Source: Synechococcus sp. (GTDB taxonomy: Bacteria; Cyanobacteriota; Cyanobacteriia; Thermostichales; PCC-7336). Taken from it: 55,138 bases of DNA. The position numbers were made by a program, and so were the translations under genes. Shown in pieces: positions 10,495 through 20,547 of the stretch; position 1 is the first letter of the stretch, and the number at the start of each line of letters is the position of its first letter. Where the stretch lies: the NCBI GenBank assembly GCA_051439425.1, contig JBFRWD010000156.1:1-55138 (forward strand), in the 5' to 3' direction. The notes beneath the pieces were generated by a model. That model made no database searches, had not been told where the DNA came from, and worked only from the letters and a program-made list of their open reading frames with translations.

Positions 10495-11319
10495 CTATCC
10501 CCTAGAAAACAGCACAAACAGCAACAAAAAGGCTGCGCCCACTGTCGCAACCGCCACCAATGCCATCCACAATGTGCGGGTTGTGCGCTCTAAACTTTGA
10601 ACGTGCGATCGCATCACAACCACTTGCTGTTCGAGCTGCAGGTATCGATCTCGCGACCATTCTTTTGCCTGGGTCTCGATTGACACCTGCTGCGCTTTAA
10701 CTTGGGTGACCAGTCCATTCTGGCGGTCATACAATTTACGCACCATGGCTTCCAACCGATCCAAACGCTCGGCTTCTTCGGGGGGAAGAGGTTGGCCATC
10801 ATTCACGTTCTGAGTCGCAATGGTTTGCAGGACTTGTTCCAGCAATCCCGGTCCCAATTGAAAGTAGCCTTTGCAAACGGAATGAATGGCATCGATCAGT
10901 TCGCCGGGGGGGGTTGCCTTCAGTAAATAGCCTTTGACACCAATTTGCAGCGCCCGATTGAGATAGGAAAAATCATCGTGGCTGCTGAGGACCAACACTT
11001 TGGTATTGGGAAACCGCTTGCTGATGGCACGAGCAGTGGTCAGTCCGTCGATGCCCGGCATTTCAATATCGACCAATGCAATATCCGGCTGATGGATTTT
11101 GATCTCGGCGATCGCCGATTGCCCATCGCTAGCTGTTGCTACCACCTGAATATCTTCAGCTTCTTCTAAATAGGCTGTCAGCATTTGCTGCACAAAATTT
11201 TGATCGTCTACGATGACCACGCGAATCAGGCCATCGTCTGTTGACTTACTGGCAGTTGGCTCACTGAGGTCTGCTGTTGAGTGGCTATTGGCATCGGATG
11301 CAAGAGGGCGATCGGCCAT
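10495..11319 (-). CDS. response regulator: NarL-type receiver + coiled coil + C-terminal TM helix, no HTH
   Basis: IVDD, LVDIEMPGIDG, LSS, GYLLK receiver motifs; C-terminal LWMALVAVATVGAAFLLLFVLF. Confidence 0.88.
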   Translation of the reverse strand: MADRPLASDANSHSTADLSEPTASKSTDDGLIRVVIVDDQNFVQQMLTAYLEEAEDIQVVATASDGQSAIAEIKIHQPDIALVDIEMPGIDGLTTARAISKRFPNTKVLVLSSHDDFSYLNRALQIGVKGYLLKATPPGELIDAIHSVCKGYFQLGPGLLEQVLQTIATQNVNDGQPLPPEEAERLDRLEAMVRKLYDRQNGLVTQVKAQQVSIETQAKEWSRDRYLQLEQQVVVMRSHVQSLERTTRTLWMALVAVATVGAAFLLLFVLFSRG

Positions 11320-12208
11320 ATGTTGGTCCTCGCAAGTGGGTAGTGAATCGATAGAGACGCCAAATTAAGGGAAAGAGTCTGTCACGTTTGGAGACACACG
11401 TTTTCAGGTAACGGTGGAGGGTTTCAATCCACAAACGATGTCATCTGGAACCGAGAGACCCCATCTACCCAACTCAGGCAGTCTGCCGGACCCTATGTGC
11501 CTGTGACTGACCTTTAGACCCATAAAGGCACATCTAACCCGAGTGCATTGCATCCAAATATCTAGACTCTCCGTATTTTAGTCATAAAATCCTATACCTA
11601 TTGCTTCTCGATGCTTGGCCTAAGATTTACTTAACGGGCCAGGTGTAATTTCTTGCTTTCGCTGCAAGATTTGGCCTGAAAACGATGCACGGGGAGGCAA
11701 CAGCGTTATGCTTTGCTTGACCTGAGCTCGATCGTTCTCATCCCCAACCTTTCTCACAATGTGGGAGCAGGGAGTAAGAAACATCAAGCTGAATACTTTC
11801 GTTGGGCTGCGGGGCAACTATCTTGCTCAAATGGCTCCGTAGAACTTAACGTTACCTGACATGACTCTCGTTCTTCCCGGGGGAAAATTGGCCGGTGCAC
11901 TCTTCGTGCTTGCTGACTGTTTCTGCTAGAAATCCCGGCCGGAATTTGTAAAAAACTCACTGTTGGGGGAAGGTGTTTGACCAAATTGACTGCGATCGCG
12001 TCCGTAGATTCAAGGTGCAACCGAGTAGAATCAATGTCAGTTTCGATCGCTCGGTAGGCGCAGTCTTGGATTTGCGGCAACCGTTCTGGCTTGAGCTTCC
12101 TCTCTGGATAGCAAGCACGTTTGTGTCGATCTGAGAGGGAACGAAGGATAGGCAGCTGTCGGGGCTGTTTGGACCTGCGATCGGTGTATTAGAACGGTGA
12201 GGACTTTG

Positions 12209-13531
12209 ATGGTGCAGGAGCGCAGTGATAGCCAAGGATTTGCACGCGATGGGTTTGTACGCGATGGATTTCCACGCGATGGATTTGCGAGCAATCGGCA
12301 AGCCTCGCTTCACCAGCTAGCGCCGGGTCGGTTTGCGTTCGGTGCTGTCGCGATCGCTGCGCTGACGCTAGCCAGTTGTGGCAGCGGGGATGTAGCCACT
12401 GAGCCTCCTGCAGGGACAGATGAGGGATTCAAAATCGGCTTAATTCTTGTGGGTCCCAAAGAAGATGCAGGCTGGAGTCAAGCTCACTTTGAGGGGGTGG
12501 AATACGTCATCGAGAATATGCCTGATGTCAGCTTTGATTTTGCCGATCGCGTCAACCCCGCCGATCGGCCGAATTTGCAAGCATCGCAGGTGGCGGATGA
12601 CTTGATTGATGGTGGTGCGGACATGATTATTTTCAACTCCGACGACCACAAAGACGATGCCCTGACCACTGCCGAAGCCCACCCAGATGTTGCTGTGATT
12701 CATGCCTCCGGTGACTATGCTTGGGAACAGGGGCAAAATTTCCAAGATTTGCCGAATTTGGGCAATGTCATGGTGCAGATGGAGTACGGTCGCGCCATCG
12801 CCGGTTGTGCTGCTGCGCTAGAGACCCAGGATGGCAAGATTGGCTTTTTGGGGCCGCTGATTAATGACGAAACCCGTCGGTTGGTGTCTGCCTCGTACCT
12901 GGGCGCAGATTATTGCTGGCAGGTCTATCGAGATGGAGATCCCGCCGACTTGGATTTCAAGGTGAGTTGGATTGGGTTTTGGTTCAACATTCCAGGCGTC
13001 ACCCTCGACCCCACTCAAGTGGCCGATGGCTTTTTCAACGATGGATATGACGTCGTCATGACGGGCATCGATACTCCGGAAGTGGCAACCCAAGCGGCCA
13101 AGGCTGCCGAGGCAGGCAGCGACGTCAAGTTCTTGCACTATACTCTGCCCACCGGTTGCGAGCTGGCTCCCGATATTTGTATTGGCGTACCGACCTACAA
13201 CTGGGGGCCGTCCTATCTTGAGTTCGCCCAAGCGGCATCTGCCGGAGAGTTTGAAGGTAGCTTTGTGTGGGCCGAGCCTGATTGGGCCGACATTAACAAT
13301 CTCGATACCTCTGCGGTGGGATTTGTTCAGGGAGAGGCGCTATCGGAAGACAACAAGCCACTCCTAGACGAGTTCATTGAAAAGTTAGGAGATGGCAGTA
13401 TCGACCTGTACGAAGGGCCGCTAAATTATCAGGATGGCACTGAGTTTGTGGCGGCGGGTCAAACTGCGACTCCCGAACAAATTTGGTATATGCCTCAATT
13501 GTTGGAGGGAATTGAAGGGCCGGGCGAATAA
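12209..13531 (+). CDS. BMP-family ABC transporter substrate-binding lipoprotein (nucleoside/purine type)
   Basis: Lipobox LASC; GPKEDAGWSQAH, WIGFWF, YNWGP motifs; ATG 12209 preceded by TGAGGA. Confidence 0.88.
   Translation: MVQERSDSQGFARDGFVRDGFPRDGFASNRQASLHQLAPGRFAFGAVAIAALTLASCGSGDVATEPPAGTDEGFKIGLILVGPKEDAGWSQAHFEGVEYVIENMPDVSFDFADRVNPADRPNLQASQVADDLIDGGADMIIFNSDDHKDDALTTAEAHPDVAVIHASGDYAWEQGQNFQDLPNLGNVMVQMEYGRAIAGCAAALETQDGKIGFLGPLINDETRRLVSASYLGADYCWQVYRDGDPADLDFKVSWIGFWFNIPGVTLDPTQVADGFFNDGYDVVMTGIDTPEVATQAAKAAEAGSDVKFLHYTLPTGCELAPDICIGVPTYNWGPSYLEFAQAASAGEFEGSFVWAEPDWADINNLDTSAVGFVQGEALSEDNKPLLDEFIEKLGDGSIDLYEGPLNYQDGTEFVAAGQTATPEQIWYMPQLLEGIEGPGE
12236..12295 (+). repeat. 15-bp tandem repeat x4
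   Basis: ggatttgcacgcgat gggtttgtacgcgat ggatttccacgcgat ggatttgcgagcaat. Confidence 0.85.
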
Positions 13532-13586
13532 GGCAGGCGACGGCTCGCCTCTGCTTACTAGGCATTCTCATTAAGGGCTTACAGTC

Positions 13587-15053
13587 ATGCAGATCGCGCT
13601 GCGGGGGGTAACGAAGCGCTTTGGCGCAGTAGTAGCCAACGATCGCATCTCGTTGGACATTGCCTCGGGAAGCATCCACGGGTTGTTGGGAGAAAACGGC
13701 GCGGGCAAGAGCACCTTAGTCAAAATGTTGAGTGGCTTTCTGGTTCGAGATGCTGGGGAGGTATTGCTGGGCGGTGCGCCTGCAGAGATTACCACTCCAG
13801 TCGACGCCATTCGCGCGGGCATTGGCATGTTGCATCAGGATCCGCTGGATTTTCCGCCCATGACGGTGCTGGAAAACTTTATGGCGGGGCGAGGGGGCGG
13901 ATTTTGGCTGAACCGCCGCCAGCAGTCCGCGACCTTGCTGGGCTTATGCGAGCGGTTTGGATTTCAGCTCGACCCCAACGAGACACTACTTAACTTGAGC
14001 GTGGGGGAACGGCAGCAGCTGGAGATTGTCAGATTGTTGTCGTTGGGGGTGCGGGTTCTGATTTTGGACGAGCCCACCACTGGAATTTCCGCTAACCAGA
14101 AAGAGTCGCTGTTTGCGGCCTTGAAGAAACTGGCCCAAGAGGGGACATCGATTGTGTTTGTCTCCCACAAGCTGGAGGACGTTCAGGTGCTGTGCGATCG
14201 CGTCTCGGTAATGCGGCAAGGGCGCATTGTCGGTGAGGCAGAGATGCCCTGTTCCGATCTCCAGCTGGTGGAGATGATGTTTGGGGGGGAGCTGGCGGAG
14301 GCGAGAAAATTACAGACAGTCAAGCAAGAGATTCGGCTGCACGTGCAGAATTTGTCGGTTGTAACCGACCGATTGAAGTTGGAACTGGGAGATCTGGAGG
14401 TGCGATCGGGGGAGGTGATTGGCTGTGCGGGGTTGGAAGGGAGCGGTCAGCAACTGCTGTTGTTGGCCTGTGCAGGACTGGTGTCTCCTCAATTGGGAGG
14501 TATTGATTTGGCTGGGCAAGACATGGTGGGACTGCCCTACCGGCGCTACCTCCAGTCTGGAGTCAACTATGTGCCAGCCGATCGCCTGCAAGACGGACTG
14601 ATTGCGGGCCTGTCCATTTGCGAACATGTCATATTACGCACCCCCAATCCTGGTTGGTTTGTGAAGCGTTCAGAGGCCTTAATGAAGACGCAGGCGTCGA
14701 TCGCTACCTATAACATTCGCGGTCAATCCCATTCTCCGGTGGAAAGTCTGTCGGGGGGGAACCAGCAGCGAACACAACTGGCGCTACTGCCTCCTTCTCT
14801 CTCGCTGCTGTTGATGGAGCATCCGACGCGCGGTCTGGATATCGAGTCGGCATTGTGGGTCTGGCAGCAATTACTCGATCGCTGTCGGCAAGGAACATCC
14901 ATCCTGTTTGCCTCGGCAGATCTAGACGAGATTGTGCAATACAGCGATCGCGTGCTGGTGTTCAGTGGCGGACAGGTTTCCGAGCCGATTCCAGCCGTAG
15001 ACCTCACCACCGACCTGTTGGGTCAAAAAATTGGGGGGCGCTTGCAGGCATGA
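13587..15053 (+). CDS. ABC transporter ATP-binding protein (CUT2/nucleoside type, two fused ATPase domains)
   Basis: GENGAGKST, LSVGERQ, ILDEPT, SHKL; second domain LSGGNQQ. Confidence 0.93.
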   Translation: MQIALRGVTKRFGAVVANDRISLDIASGSIHGLLGENGAGKSTLVKMLSGFLVRDAGEVLLGGAPAEITTPVDAIRAGIGMLHQDPLDFPPMTVLENFMAGRGGGFWLNRRQQSATLLGLCERFGFQLDPNETLLNLSVGERQQLEIVRLLSLGVRVLILDEPTTGISANQKESLFAALKKLAQEGTSIVFVSHKLEDVQVLCDRVSVMRQGRIVGEAEMPCSDLQLVEMMFGGELAEARKLQTVKQEIRLHVQNLSVVTDRLKLELGDLEVRSGEVIGCAGLEGSGQQLLLLACAGLVSPQLGGIDLAGQDMVGLPYRRYLQSGVNYVPADRLQDGLIAGLSICEHVILRTPNPGWFVKRSEALMKTQASIATYNIRGQSHSPVESLSGGNQQRTQLALLPPSLSLLLMEHPTRGLDIESALWVWQQLLDRCRQGTSILFASADLDEIVQYSDRVLVFSGGQVSEPIPAVDLTTDLLGQKIGGRLQA

Positions 15054-16114
15054 ACGTACTGGTTGGAGTGAAAGTGCTGGCTGGCATGAATCGGGCTGTG
15101 GTCTATCGCGTTGGAGCGATGGGATTGGCGGTGATGGTGACAGCCCTCTTGCTATGGGCAATTGGGGCGTCTCCGATGGAGGTGACTATTGGGCTGTGGC
15201 AGGGGGCGTTTGGCACGGAGTCGCGAGTGGCTCGACTGTTGATGACGCTGGCTCCCTTAGTGTTAGCCTCTGCCGGATTGGCATTTACGTTTGCGGCTGG
15301 GCTGTACAACTTGGGGGTGGAGGGGCAGATTGCCTTTGGAGCCATCAGTACAACGTTTGCCCTGCGCCTGTTCGAATCCGTGCTCCCGGCTGCGGTCACT
15401 ATTTGCCTGGGGATGGTCTTCGGAATACTGGGGGGCGGGGTGTGGGGATTGTTGGTGGGATGGCTGAATGTGTACGGCAAAGTGAACGAGATTTTTGCCG
15501 GCCTGGGTCTGAATTTTGTGGCGCAGGGGTTGGCCATTTATCTCATCTTTGGTCCTTGGAAGCGACCGGGAGTAGCGTCGCTCAGTGGAACGGAACCGTT
15601 TGACCGCCAATTATGGTTGCCGACAGCGGCGGGGTCAGATGCCAGTTGGATTGCGTTGGCGATCGCTGCTATTGCTCTGGTGTTTGCCATTGTGACCTTG
15701 CGGGGAACGTACTTCGGGTTGAAGTTGCGGGCTGTGGGTCACAATCTGCGGGCGTCATACGTGCTGGGCATTCCAGCGGTGCGCCAGCGGCTGAGTGCGT
15801 TTGGGTTGTGCGGGGCGCTAGCCGGATTGGCAGGGGCGTTGCAAATTTTGGCAGTGTTTCACCGATTGATCCCCAATATCTCCAGCAATCTGGGATTCTT
15901 GGGATTGTTGGTGGTGATGTTAGCGGGATTCGATGCCTTATGGATTTTACCAATCGCAGTATTCTTCAGTGCCCTGAACGTCGGTAGTTTGCAGTTACCC
16001 CTGACGCTGAATCTAGATTCATCCCTAGCGGGGGTTATACAGGGCAGTTTGGTGTTGTTTGTGTTGCTGGGACGAGGCATTGCGGAGAGGGGACTGTTGC
16101 AGGGGAAGGCCTGA
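15050..16114 (+). CDS. ABC transporter permease (nucleoside/sugar type)
   Basis: ATGA overlap with the ATPase stop; YNLGVEGQ, VNEI, GLKLRAVGHN motifs; multiple TM helices. Confidence 0.9.
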   Translation: MNVLVGVKVLAGMNRAVVYRVGAMGLAVMVTALLLWAIGASPMEVTIGLWQGAFGTESRVARLLMTLAPLVLASAGLAFTFAAGLYNLGVEGQIAFGAISTTFALRLFESVLPAAVTICLGMVFGILGGGVWGLLVGWLNVYGKVNEIFAGLGLNFVAQGLAIYLIFGPWKRPGVASLSGTEPFDRQLWLPTAAGSDASWIALAIAAIALVFAIVTLRGTYFGLKLRAVGHNLRASYVLGIPAVRQRLSAFGLCGALAGLAGALQILAVFHRLIPNISSNLGFLGLLVVMLAGFDALWILPIAVFFSALNVGSLQLPLTLNLDSSLAGVIQGSLVLFVLLGRGIAERGLLQGKA

Positions 16115-16208
16115 TAGCCATGGAGTTGATTGGCCTGAAAGGTTTCAAGTCGCTCACCAGTAGTTACTGGGAATCGTTGGTGACATGCCAGGGGGTAGCT
16201 GGGGAGGT

Positions 16209-17084
16209 CTAGCTGATGTACTCCTCTGCAAGCGTGCTACTTTCAGCTAATCTCCGCTCCTCCAGCATGCGCTGACCCACGTCTAATAGATGAGCCAGAT
16301 GGAAATGGATAGGAGGGAAGCTGGGGGGTGGCTCTTTGCTATTGACGATGCGAGACGAGACGCGATCGATGCCGATGGACTGAATGAAGTCCAGCACTTG
16401 CTCGTCGAAAATACGCGATCGCAACGCACTAAAGAAATCGATTGAGCAGTCAGAAAACGTCTCTACGAGTTTCCGAGCATCGCTCGCAGGCAGTCCATCC
16501 GTTGCAAAAATTCCGGTGACAACACCCACCCGTTCTTCCATATTGGGTTGCCAGTAAAACTTCACCATGCGACCGTCCCGCAAGAGGGGATCGTAAAGCG
16601 TAGAAAAGTCGTTACCGGTGACGATAATCGGCACCCGCTGAATTTTCTCCTCGTTGTAGCTGCCGGGAAGCTGTACGTCTGTCGGGTTGTCGGCAATGTT
16701 CATCAGGGTACCGTTCACCAGCTGGGTATTGACCGTGTATTGAGTAGTGGAGTTGAGACGACCTGCACCAGCATCCAAGTCGTTAATCATCAGAGCACAC
16801 ATGCGACCGCGCACTTTGACCCGTTCCGATGCTTCGCGATAGCGCAGGCGAATCAGACGAACGGGATCGCCAGCATCTGGACTTTCCAACTCTCCCGCAG
16901 ACATGCGGATGGGCTCGATACCCATTGCTTTGAATACCAGCTCGCATTGGAAGGATTTGCCTTCTCCTTTGGGGCCGTGGACACCGAGGATGAGTGGGAC
17001 TTGGATGCCTGGAATATCGAGGAAGTTTTTGGTGATGTGGACGGAGAGGGTGTCTAGAAAGCGAGGGGCGATGTAGTAACTCAT
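16209..17084 (-). CDS. rca: Rubisco activase-like AAA+ ATPase (cyanobacterial Rca/ALC), lacking the RbcS-like C-terminal domain
   Basis: VPLILGVHGPKGEGKSFQCELV, MSAGELES, LMINDLDAGAGR, TLMNIADNPT, IIVTGNDFSTLY.PL.RDGRM.KFYW.P, DFFSALRSR. Confidence 0.92.
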   Translation of the reverse strand: MSYYIAPRFLDTLSVHITKNFLDIPGIQVPLILGVHGPKGEGKSFQCELVFKAMGIEPIRMSAGELESPDAGDPVRLIRLRYREASERVKVRGRMCALMINDLDAGAGRLNSTTQYTVNTQLVNGTLMNIADNPTDVQLPGSYNEEKIQRVPIIVTGNDFSTLYDPLLRDGRMVKFYWQPNMEERVGVVTGIFATDGLPASDARKLVETFSDCSIDFFSALRSRIFDEQVLDFIQSIGIDRVSSRIVNSKEPPPSFPPIHFHLAHLLDVGQRMLEERRLAESSTLAEEYIS

Positions 17085-17138
17085 GCTGCGGCCAAAATCC
17101 CCAATCAGTATACAGAGCGACGACTCTATCCCGATTGG

Positions 17139-20024
17139 CTATGGCTGCGAGTTGGATAGTGGATGTCTAAACTGCGTGACGGGGAGTTGCCACTGGTGTT
17201 GGAAACGTGACAGTGGAATATCTGCCGACCAGCACCACAGCAGGCGGTAACACTGGCGCGATCGCTCCGAGTTGGGTGGGCTGCAGAGGTAGATATCGCG
17301 CACGGCAGGAATTAAGTTGAGTACGAGATTCCCCTCCATCGTGTCTCGCAGGCGATCGACGGCAGATTTGAGCATGGCCTTACTGCGACTGGTGCTGAGG
17401 GCCGCTAGTAGGGTGGTCGTTACATGCGGGTGATCGGGACAAAACTGCCCTAACTTTCCGGCAATCCGAATGCGATGGGATAGCTCCTCCGCTCCCTCAA
17501 GCTTAATCAGTAAATTGGCGATCGCTTTATCGCGATCGGGCTCGCTCTGATTGCGATTCGACGGTCGAGATTTGGGTTGTTCAACTGGACGCGGGGTAGG
17601 AGATTTGCCTGTTAGCTCGTCCAAGTTGGCTTGCAGTTCTTTGCGGATGCGCGGGTCATCTGTTGCCGCCAGCAATTGCTCGATCGTTTGGCGAGGGAGG
17701 GGATGAGCTGGCTCGACTTTGGCCAGACGGTTTGCTGCTTTGCGGAGCAGGCTGGGCTTCGTTTCTGTCTTGAGAATGTCGATGAGCTGAATGGGAACCA
17801 GCGGATTGCCAGGATCGATCGCCTCCAAGCTGCGCAGAAAATTGAGCCTGAAGCTCACAGAGTGGTCATTCTGCAACAATTGAGTCAGCGTTGCGATCGC
17901 TACGGCATTGCCCGGATCGTGATTTTTTCCCAGGCTGTGGGCTGCTAACCACCGTTCTAATGGCAGTTGAGCAGATTGTACGAACGCCTCTAGGGCTGGA
18001 ATGCTGTAGGTGGGGTCGGTGCGAGCGAGGGCAATTCCCGCTTGCTCCACAATCGGGCCGGGGAGTTGACGCTCGCGTTCGGATTTGGCAAATCGCCAGC
18101 GGATGAGCTGTTGCACTAGCGTGGCCGTACCGGGATAATCGTCAATTTCGGCTAGTCCGCGAGCTGCGAAGAACTTAGCGCGATAGCTGTAGAGGCCACC
18201 GCAGCGATCGTCGAATGCGATCAGGCGATCGATAAATTCAACTTTCTCACCTGCGGCAATGTCGTCTCGTCCCAGCCATAGCAAAATGGTTTCGAACCAA
18301 ATGGGGGCAAAGATGGGAGCCAGGTCATCCCCTTCCCCGCTTGGCATGAAATCGTGCCAGGAGGACATTGCTTGAGCGGCAAAGTACTCCTGAAACGTCG
18401 GGTGATAGAAGGAATAGATCGGTTCGCCAAACCGGTCGGATGTGCCGACTGGGTTTAGCCAGCCAAGTTGCAGCGCCAGCGATAGCAGATCGAGCTGCCC
18501 TTGAAAGTGCCGCTCCACCACCGATCGCCGCAGGCGGAAACTGGGGGGAGATTGGGTCATGGCAGCCAACGCCAGTTGCGATAACGCCTCGTTCAGCTCT
18601 TTCCGTTGAGCTAATGTCGTCGGAAATAAGTCCTGCTTCCATTCGTAATGGGCGATCGCAAATTGTCGATACAAGCTGGTCTTGGTTGCAGGCAAATCTC
18701 CCTTCGCTGAAGCCCACGTGCGGCACAACAGAGCCAAGTACAGTGGATGGCGCACCAATTGCCGCACTCGTCGTAAGCGGTGCTGCGCTAACCGCCGACA
18801 GAGGTTGTCTCCTCGCTGCCGATCGCCCCGAAACCAGCGACCAATAAACTCCTCCACCTGATTTCTGCCTGTCGCATCATCCAACCCGGAACCGGAGTTG
18901 AAGCCACCTCCGTCACTAAAACTTAAACAGCGAAACGTGCGACATCCCGCCAGAGCATTGTTACCCGCGTCCCAAATATTGACGCGGCAGGTGAGAATCA
19001 CCTGCGCATCCGATAGCCATCCCTTCAGGTCTCGGGCCAAACGGGAGATTGCCCTACTGCCATCCCCTCCCAATTCATCTACTGCATCTAGCAATAGCCA
19101 CACCCGTCCCTGCCGAACTTGGGTCGCGAACTCTGCTACCGTTTCTTGGGGCACTTGAAATGCTTTGAATGCCTGCCGTAGCCAGGTCTGAGTTAGGTAG
19201 GTTTCTAGGGACTGGTTATCTAAATCCGCCAGCGAAATCCAAATGGGCAACGCACCGGGAGTTTGCAATAGAGCGATCGCCACCTGCTGCAATGACGTGG
19301 TTTTTCCTGCCCCCGGTTCTCCTACAATTGCGACTCTGGCCGGACCCTCAAAATCTGTCAGCCGATCGACCAATTCCCTGGGTTCGTATACCTCTGGGTT
19401 TGCATCTTCGTCTTCCTGCGATCGCCCTTTCCGCTCCACAATCCCCAGCGGAACGTAGATATCCCCTAGCTCAAACGCCATGCCATCGCCAGCAGTCAGG
19501 GGATTGCTGGTTAGCTGAGTATCCAACGCCTCGCGGCAGAGTTGTTGCCAGCGATCGCTTTCTGCCTGCTGTTTCTCTCCAGAGGCCGAGACCATTAGCT
19601 CTGCACAACTACTGTCGGGTCGAGCTGCTACCCAGGCGCGATTGAATTGAGCTAAGTTTTCGTCTCGATTCCAGCGATCGCTCCACAGCGTCAGGGTGAA
19701 ATGCCACTGGTCGGAGCCCCGTTTGACGGTGCGGTTGTCATCTAAGATGCCGACAAAATCCCCCAGATGCTTGAGGGCGGTTTTGATTTGAGGTAAAGAC
19801 AGAGGATTCTCGGGTTGGGCGAGCTTGCTCAACATTTGCAAATAACGTAGCTTGGCTCGCACCACCAATCGAGTCGGGGATTGCCAGTGGGTTTGTAGGT
19901 GGGGACGCAGGATGTCTTGCTGGCGTTCCTCCGCATCCAAACAGTCGTTGGCAAAATCTACCAGTGCAAATAGAAGCGATCGCGATCGCCGTTGGGATAT
20001 GGGGCCGTATCTCTGCGTGGGCAT
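17139..20024 (-). CDS. NACHT-domain STAND NTPase with N-terminal cyanobacterial domain and C-terminal HEAT-like repeats
   Basis: IYVPLGIVER, Walker A GEPGAGKTT, Walker B LLLDAVDE, ILTCR, HPLYLALLC, YSFYHPTFQEYFAA; repeats such as AAHSLGKNHDPGN, SLEAIDPGN. Confidence 0.9.
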   Translation of the reverse strand: MPTQRYGPISQRRSRSLLFALVDFANDCLDAEERQQDILRPHLQTHWQSPTRLVVRAKLRYLQMLSKLAQPENPLSLPQIKTALKHLGDFVGILDDNRTVKRGSDQWHFTLTLWSDRWNRDENLAQFNRAWVAARPDSSCAELMVSASGEKQQAESDRWQQLCREALDTQLTSNPLTAGDGMAFELGDIYVPLGIVERKGRSQEDEDANPEVYEPRELVDRLTDFEGPARVAIVGEPGAGKTTSLQQVAIALLQTPGALPIWISLADLDNQSLETYLTQTWLRQAFKAFQVPQETVAEFATQVRQGRVWLLLDAVDELGGDGSRAISRLARDLKGWLSDAQVILTCRVNIWDAGNNALAGCRTFRCLSFSDGGGFNSGSGLDDATGRNQVEEFIGRWFRGDRQRGDNLCRRLAQHRLRRVRQLVRHPLYLALLCRTWASAKGDLPATKTSLYRQFAIAHYEWKQDLFPTTLAQRKELNEALSQLALAAMTQSPPSFRLRRSVVERHFQGQLDLLSLALQLGWLNPVGTSDRFGEPIYSFYHPTFQEYFAAQAMSSWHDFMPSGEGDDLAPIFAPIWFETILLWLGRDDIAAGEKVEFIDRLIAFDDRCGGLYSYRAKFFAARGLAEIDDYPGTATLVQQLIRWRFAKSERERQLPGPIVEQAGIALARTDPTYSIPALEAFVQSAQLPLERWLAAHSLGKNHDPGNAVAIATLTQLLQNDHSVSFRLNFLRSLEAIDPGNPLVPIQLIDILKTETKPSLLRKAANRLAKVEPAHPLPRQTIEQLLAATDDPRIRKELQANLDELTGKSPTPRPVEQPKSRPSNRNQSEPDRDKAIANLLIKLEGAEELSHRIRIAGKLGQFCPDHPHVTTTLLAALSTSRSKAMLKSAVDRLRDTMEGNLVLNLIPAVRDIYLCSPPNSERSRQCYRLLWCWSADIPLSRFQHQWQLPVTQFRHPLSNSQP

Positions 20025-20232
20025 GCCATCAACATCTCACAGGGATAGCACCCATGATGCACAAATTGCAATGGAGTCCTTCAGGCTGTGGGCGCAGACC
20101 TTGCTTGTCTGTCGTAATGCCAGGCTTGGATGTTGGGTGTGCTGTATATCCGTTCAATCAGGCCATCGTGACTGAAATACTGGGATTGCTCTACCAGGAA
20201 AATTGGCTCTAAATTGCAAGCGAAGGAGCGTA

Positions 20233-20547
20233 TTAGTAGTACACAGTCAGCCAAATGGTTTCTTCATCTGGCGTGGTCCAGTCCACACGGTATCGAGTGC
20301 GGGCGGGAATTGAAATGTAACTGCCGGGGACCAGCCGATGCGATCGCCCGTGTCCGAACTCCAATACGGCTTCTCCTCTCAAGACCAGTACCCATGCATT
20401 TTCCTTCTGCTCTTCCCAGCGATTGTCAGGCGTTGTGTGGCCTTTTGAAATCGATCGCTCGATTTTGACCCCACTGCCACTGGCTAAGAGATCGAACACT
20501 TCGGTACTCAAATCCGAGGGGATATTGGCATACAGATTGTCGGTCAT
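20233..20547 (-). CDS. cupin domain protein
   Basis: VKIERSISKGHTTP..WVLVLRGEA..IPARTRYRVDWT..TIWLTVYY matches the small cupin family. Confidence 0.82.
   Translation of the reverse strand: MTDNLYANIPSDLSTEVFDLLASGSGVKIERSISKGHTTPDNRWEEQKENAWVLVLRGEAVLEFGHGRSHRLVPGSYISIPARTRYRVDWTTPDEETIWLTVYY

Noticed and set aside
11320..12200. Purine-type riboswitch upstream of the BMP transporter
   Set aside because: Only a short inverted repeat (ATGTGCCT/AGGCACAT, 11495-11533) was seen; no riboswitch consensus.
14855..15049. Extended permease start
   Set aside because: It overlaps the ATPase gene; the ATGA coupling at 15050 is more plausible.
14400..15053. Degenerate Walker motifs in the second ATPase domain (GLEGSGQ, LLMEHPT)
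   Set aside because: Degeneracy of one domain is normal for fused CUT2-family ATPases.
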